64,000 nucleotides of DNA from Marsupella aquatica. Taxonomy: Eukaryota > Plantae > Marchantiophyta. The translations under genes were made by a program, and so were the position numbers. Each line of letters begins with the position of its first letter. Within the stretch, counting starts at the first letter, position 1. The notes below the pieces were generated by a model. The model searched no databases and was not told the origin of the DNA. It worked only from the letters and a program-made list of their open reading frames with translations. The stretch lies in the NCBI GenBank assembly GCA_973895155.1, contig OZ316891.1:5179708-5243707 (forward strand), given 5' to 3'. This document shows positions 61,447 through 64,000 of the stretch, one piece after another.

Positions 61447-62654
61447 CTTGCCTATCTCTTCGACCCCTAGAGTGACCGCATCACTACGTCTTGCCTACTT
61501 CCAAATTTTTCAATGGCTAATACATAAGGAACGGCTCGGAGGTGAGTCGCACTCGATCCGAACTCGAGAAAGTTCCTACAACCAATAAAGTAATTTGAAA
61601 TCACTACAAGACCCTGATTCACCTGCACAACCTAAAACCCTGGACACGTCTTCCCCCACCACGAGCACATTCAACTAGGCAAATTCCTCACGAGCAATGC
61701 GTACTTGGCTTACAGACACCAAATCCCTGTCGGCAAGACAAGCGCCTTCTCCTGCTTCTGAGACCTGTTTTCCAAATAATCTATGCCCACCATAGTGTAC
61801 CTTCCAAGCACCGAATGAATATGAAAGAGCATGAATCAGCTTCCGAGTTTTCAGAGGCATGAAAAAATATCGGAGACAGACACAGTGAATATGTCATTCA
61901 GTGCTTCCTCCCGCCACCTGATGAGACTCCAGCATCGCCTCTCCACATGTCCAAAAAACCCTCGGAACCTGGATATGAATCAAGACCATATCCCGAGCCA
62001 AATGGCATCCCACTGCACTCTAACAATCGGAACAGAGTAGATCTTTAGCTCGACGCCATAAGAATTCCGCTCAACAAAAACAACCTGCGGTGTAAACTCA
62101 GGCTCACTATCTACTCAGTACGAGATTCGCAGTTACCTGAAACCCTAAACCCTCAAGCTCCCATTATCCTGAGAGCAACCCTCTGGTCTGCGCAATCCAC
62201 ACACTCGACGCTTCTTCAGAGGATCTGTAAAGGATGTGAAAAACACTGCAGCGGCCGGCCAAGAACTTCGCCAATCGCCCGATGCCAAACTACGGCACTG
62301 CACCAATTCTCTTGACGGGGTTTGGGTGACAGAGGGCAGAGGAAAAGATGGCGGAGGTCAAAGAAGGGGCAGATGAGAGCTCACGGCTGCAGCAGAGCTA
62401 TGGAGTTGCTGACTTCTTTGGTGGATTGAGCGACATTTCGTCGATGGTTAAGAATGTGGTGCAATTTTTCTTCGAGCAGCCGCCAGTGCTTTTGCAATGC
62501 TGATGCTCCTCTGCTTTCGATCGAGGATACAGAGATACCTCTCAGGATCAGGATCTCAGGAACATAATCATCATGTTAGCCATATTATTCAGAAAATAAT
62601 GACTGGATGGATTGGATTGGCATTTGTGTAGGTCCTGTAACTACACATTTTACC

Positions 62655-62935
62655 CTACCATACCATGACAAACCTTGTTATTCTCTTTAAATCAATGAGT
62701 GCACACCACACATTTTATTTTACCATACCATGATAAACCTTGTTATTCTCTTTAAATCAATGAGTGCAGAATTTAAATTATCACATTTTGATGTGTGACA
62801 TTTTGATGTGTGATTAGGGGCAGAGATTTTTTGTCCATGGCAACTAATGTACTCTAGTATGGTATAGCAGAAGACATATCAGAGTATGACATATATGGCA
62901 TCCTACCATACCATGATAAATCTTGTTATTTTGAG
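62655..62935. repeat. Repeated taccataccatgataaaccttgttattc units of the dispersed MITE-like family
   Basis: Copies at ~62657, ~62721 and ~62903, with cacattttgatgtg motifs like those at 7723 and (reverse) 19080. Confidence 0.65.
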
Positions 62936-64000
62936 TGCAATGTTTAATTACACTAGAGAAAAATGCCATGCTCTTATCAGTAAGTATAAGTCCGTTTTCC
63001 AATAAGTGATTATCTCTAATCCAATAAAATGATTCTGGTATGTGTCACTAGGCCCAGTTTTAGTGGCCTGATGTCATTTTGTTTGATTCAGATTTCAGCA
63101 GTGAGGACCTCAAGGGCCGGAAAGTTTCTGGGCTTTGCAATTGGATCTCCGCTTACACTGCCATCAGACCTGCCTTAGGGGGGGTTTAGGTATGAAATTC
63201 TCATTGTATAATGTCATGCCAGAGTCCACTTCAGGGCCACAAAAAACTGCGGTCTACATTCAAGACAGCCGTTATGACGGAGCAAGTTGGGGAGGGACCT
63301 CTTTCTGCTTCACCCTCCATTCAAACCCCTTATATGCAGTTGACTAATTATGTTACTCACCTGGAACACAAACCTTGACCATGAGTGATGATGCCATGTT
63401 GTTACATAAAGAATAACTGTAATATCTGACCTATTCCTAAAGTCAAATGATGGCATATGAGTGGTGCAACTTTTTACAAAACAATTTCTAGCCCAATTTC
63501 AAAAATTATGGTCCCTGGACCACAACGTTGGTCTTTGAAAACCCCCACTAACCACATTTCCCAAAATTTGAGTTTAATTGTAACAGCTTTTCACTAAAGT
63601 ACCCCCCAAACCGAGCATTATTACAATCTTGAATTGCCCCCCAAACTAAATTTTTGCTATACTGCCCCCCAAACCGTATACCGATGCTTCTAACCAGACT
63701 TCCGACCACGGAAGCGATCCTATTGGCTATCATGTAACTGCAGTTGATCGACCACCCTTGGTCACACTACCCACAGCCTCATGCACACAGTCTGCACCCT
63801 GCCGCGGCCTAAGGGGCCCAATACCGTGCCCAACTCCCCTTGGGGCCGACTAAATGCCAACCCCTGTCTGGGGCCATTTGAACCCGACTCCCTACAGAAT
63901 CAACAAGTTAATCAAGAAACTGTTGTTGACCGACCCAAAATATTTGGGCAGAAATAAATCCAAAAACAAGATCTAATCAAGATAGCATAAAATGTGTTGG

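Overview
Eukaryotic land-plant nuclear DNA, most likely a bryophyte and probably a liverwort (inferred from gene style, not proven). The ORF track is prokaryote-style, so it splits the spliced genes. I assembled eight protein-coding genes by hand from GT-AG junctions: an LHT-like 8/AATL1-type amino-acid transporter (+), FtsHi3-type AAA protein (-), intronless ankyrin-DHHC S-acyltransferase of the TIP1/PAT24 type (-), intronless divergent uridine kinase/UPRT-like UKL (+), intronless orphan with an acylation-type N-terminus and RKS repeats (+), small conserved membrane protein (-), XPG/UVH3 endonuclease (+) and a WTG1-like TPR protein (-). Intergenic DNA holds MITE-like ends, tandem duplications, two long fold-backs, a micro-ORF minisatellite upstream of UKL and a tRNA-derived SINE-like element expanded into a B-box satellite. 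The most interesting lead is three XPA-like GGGF-hydrophobic-acidic motifs in the XPG tail, which could recruit ERCC1-XPF in a lineage lacking XPA. All homology calls are from recognition of motifs, not from searches.
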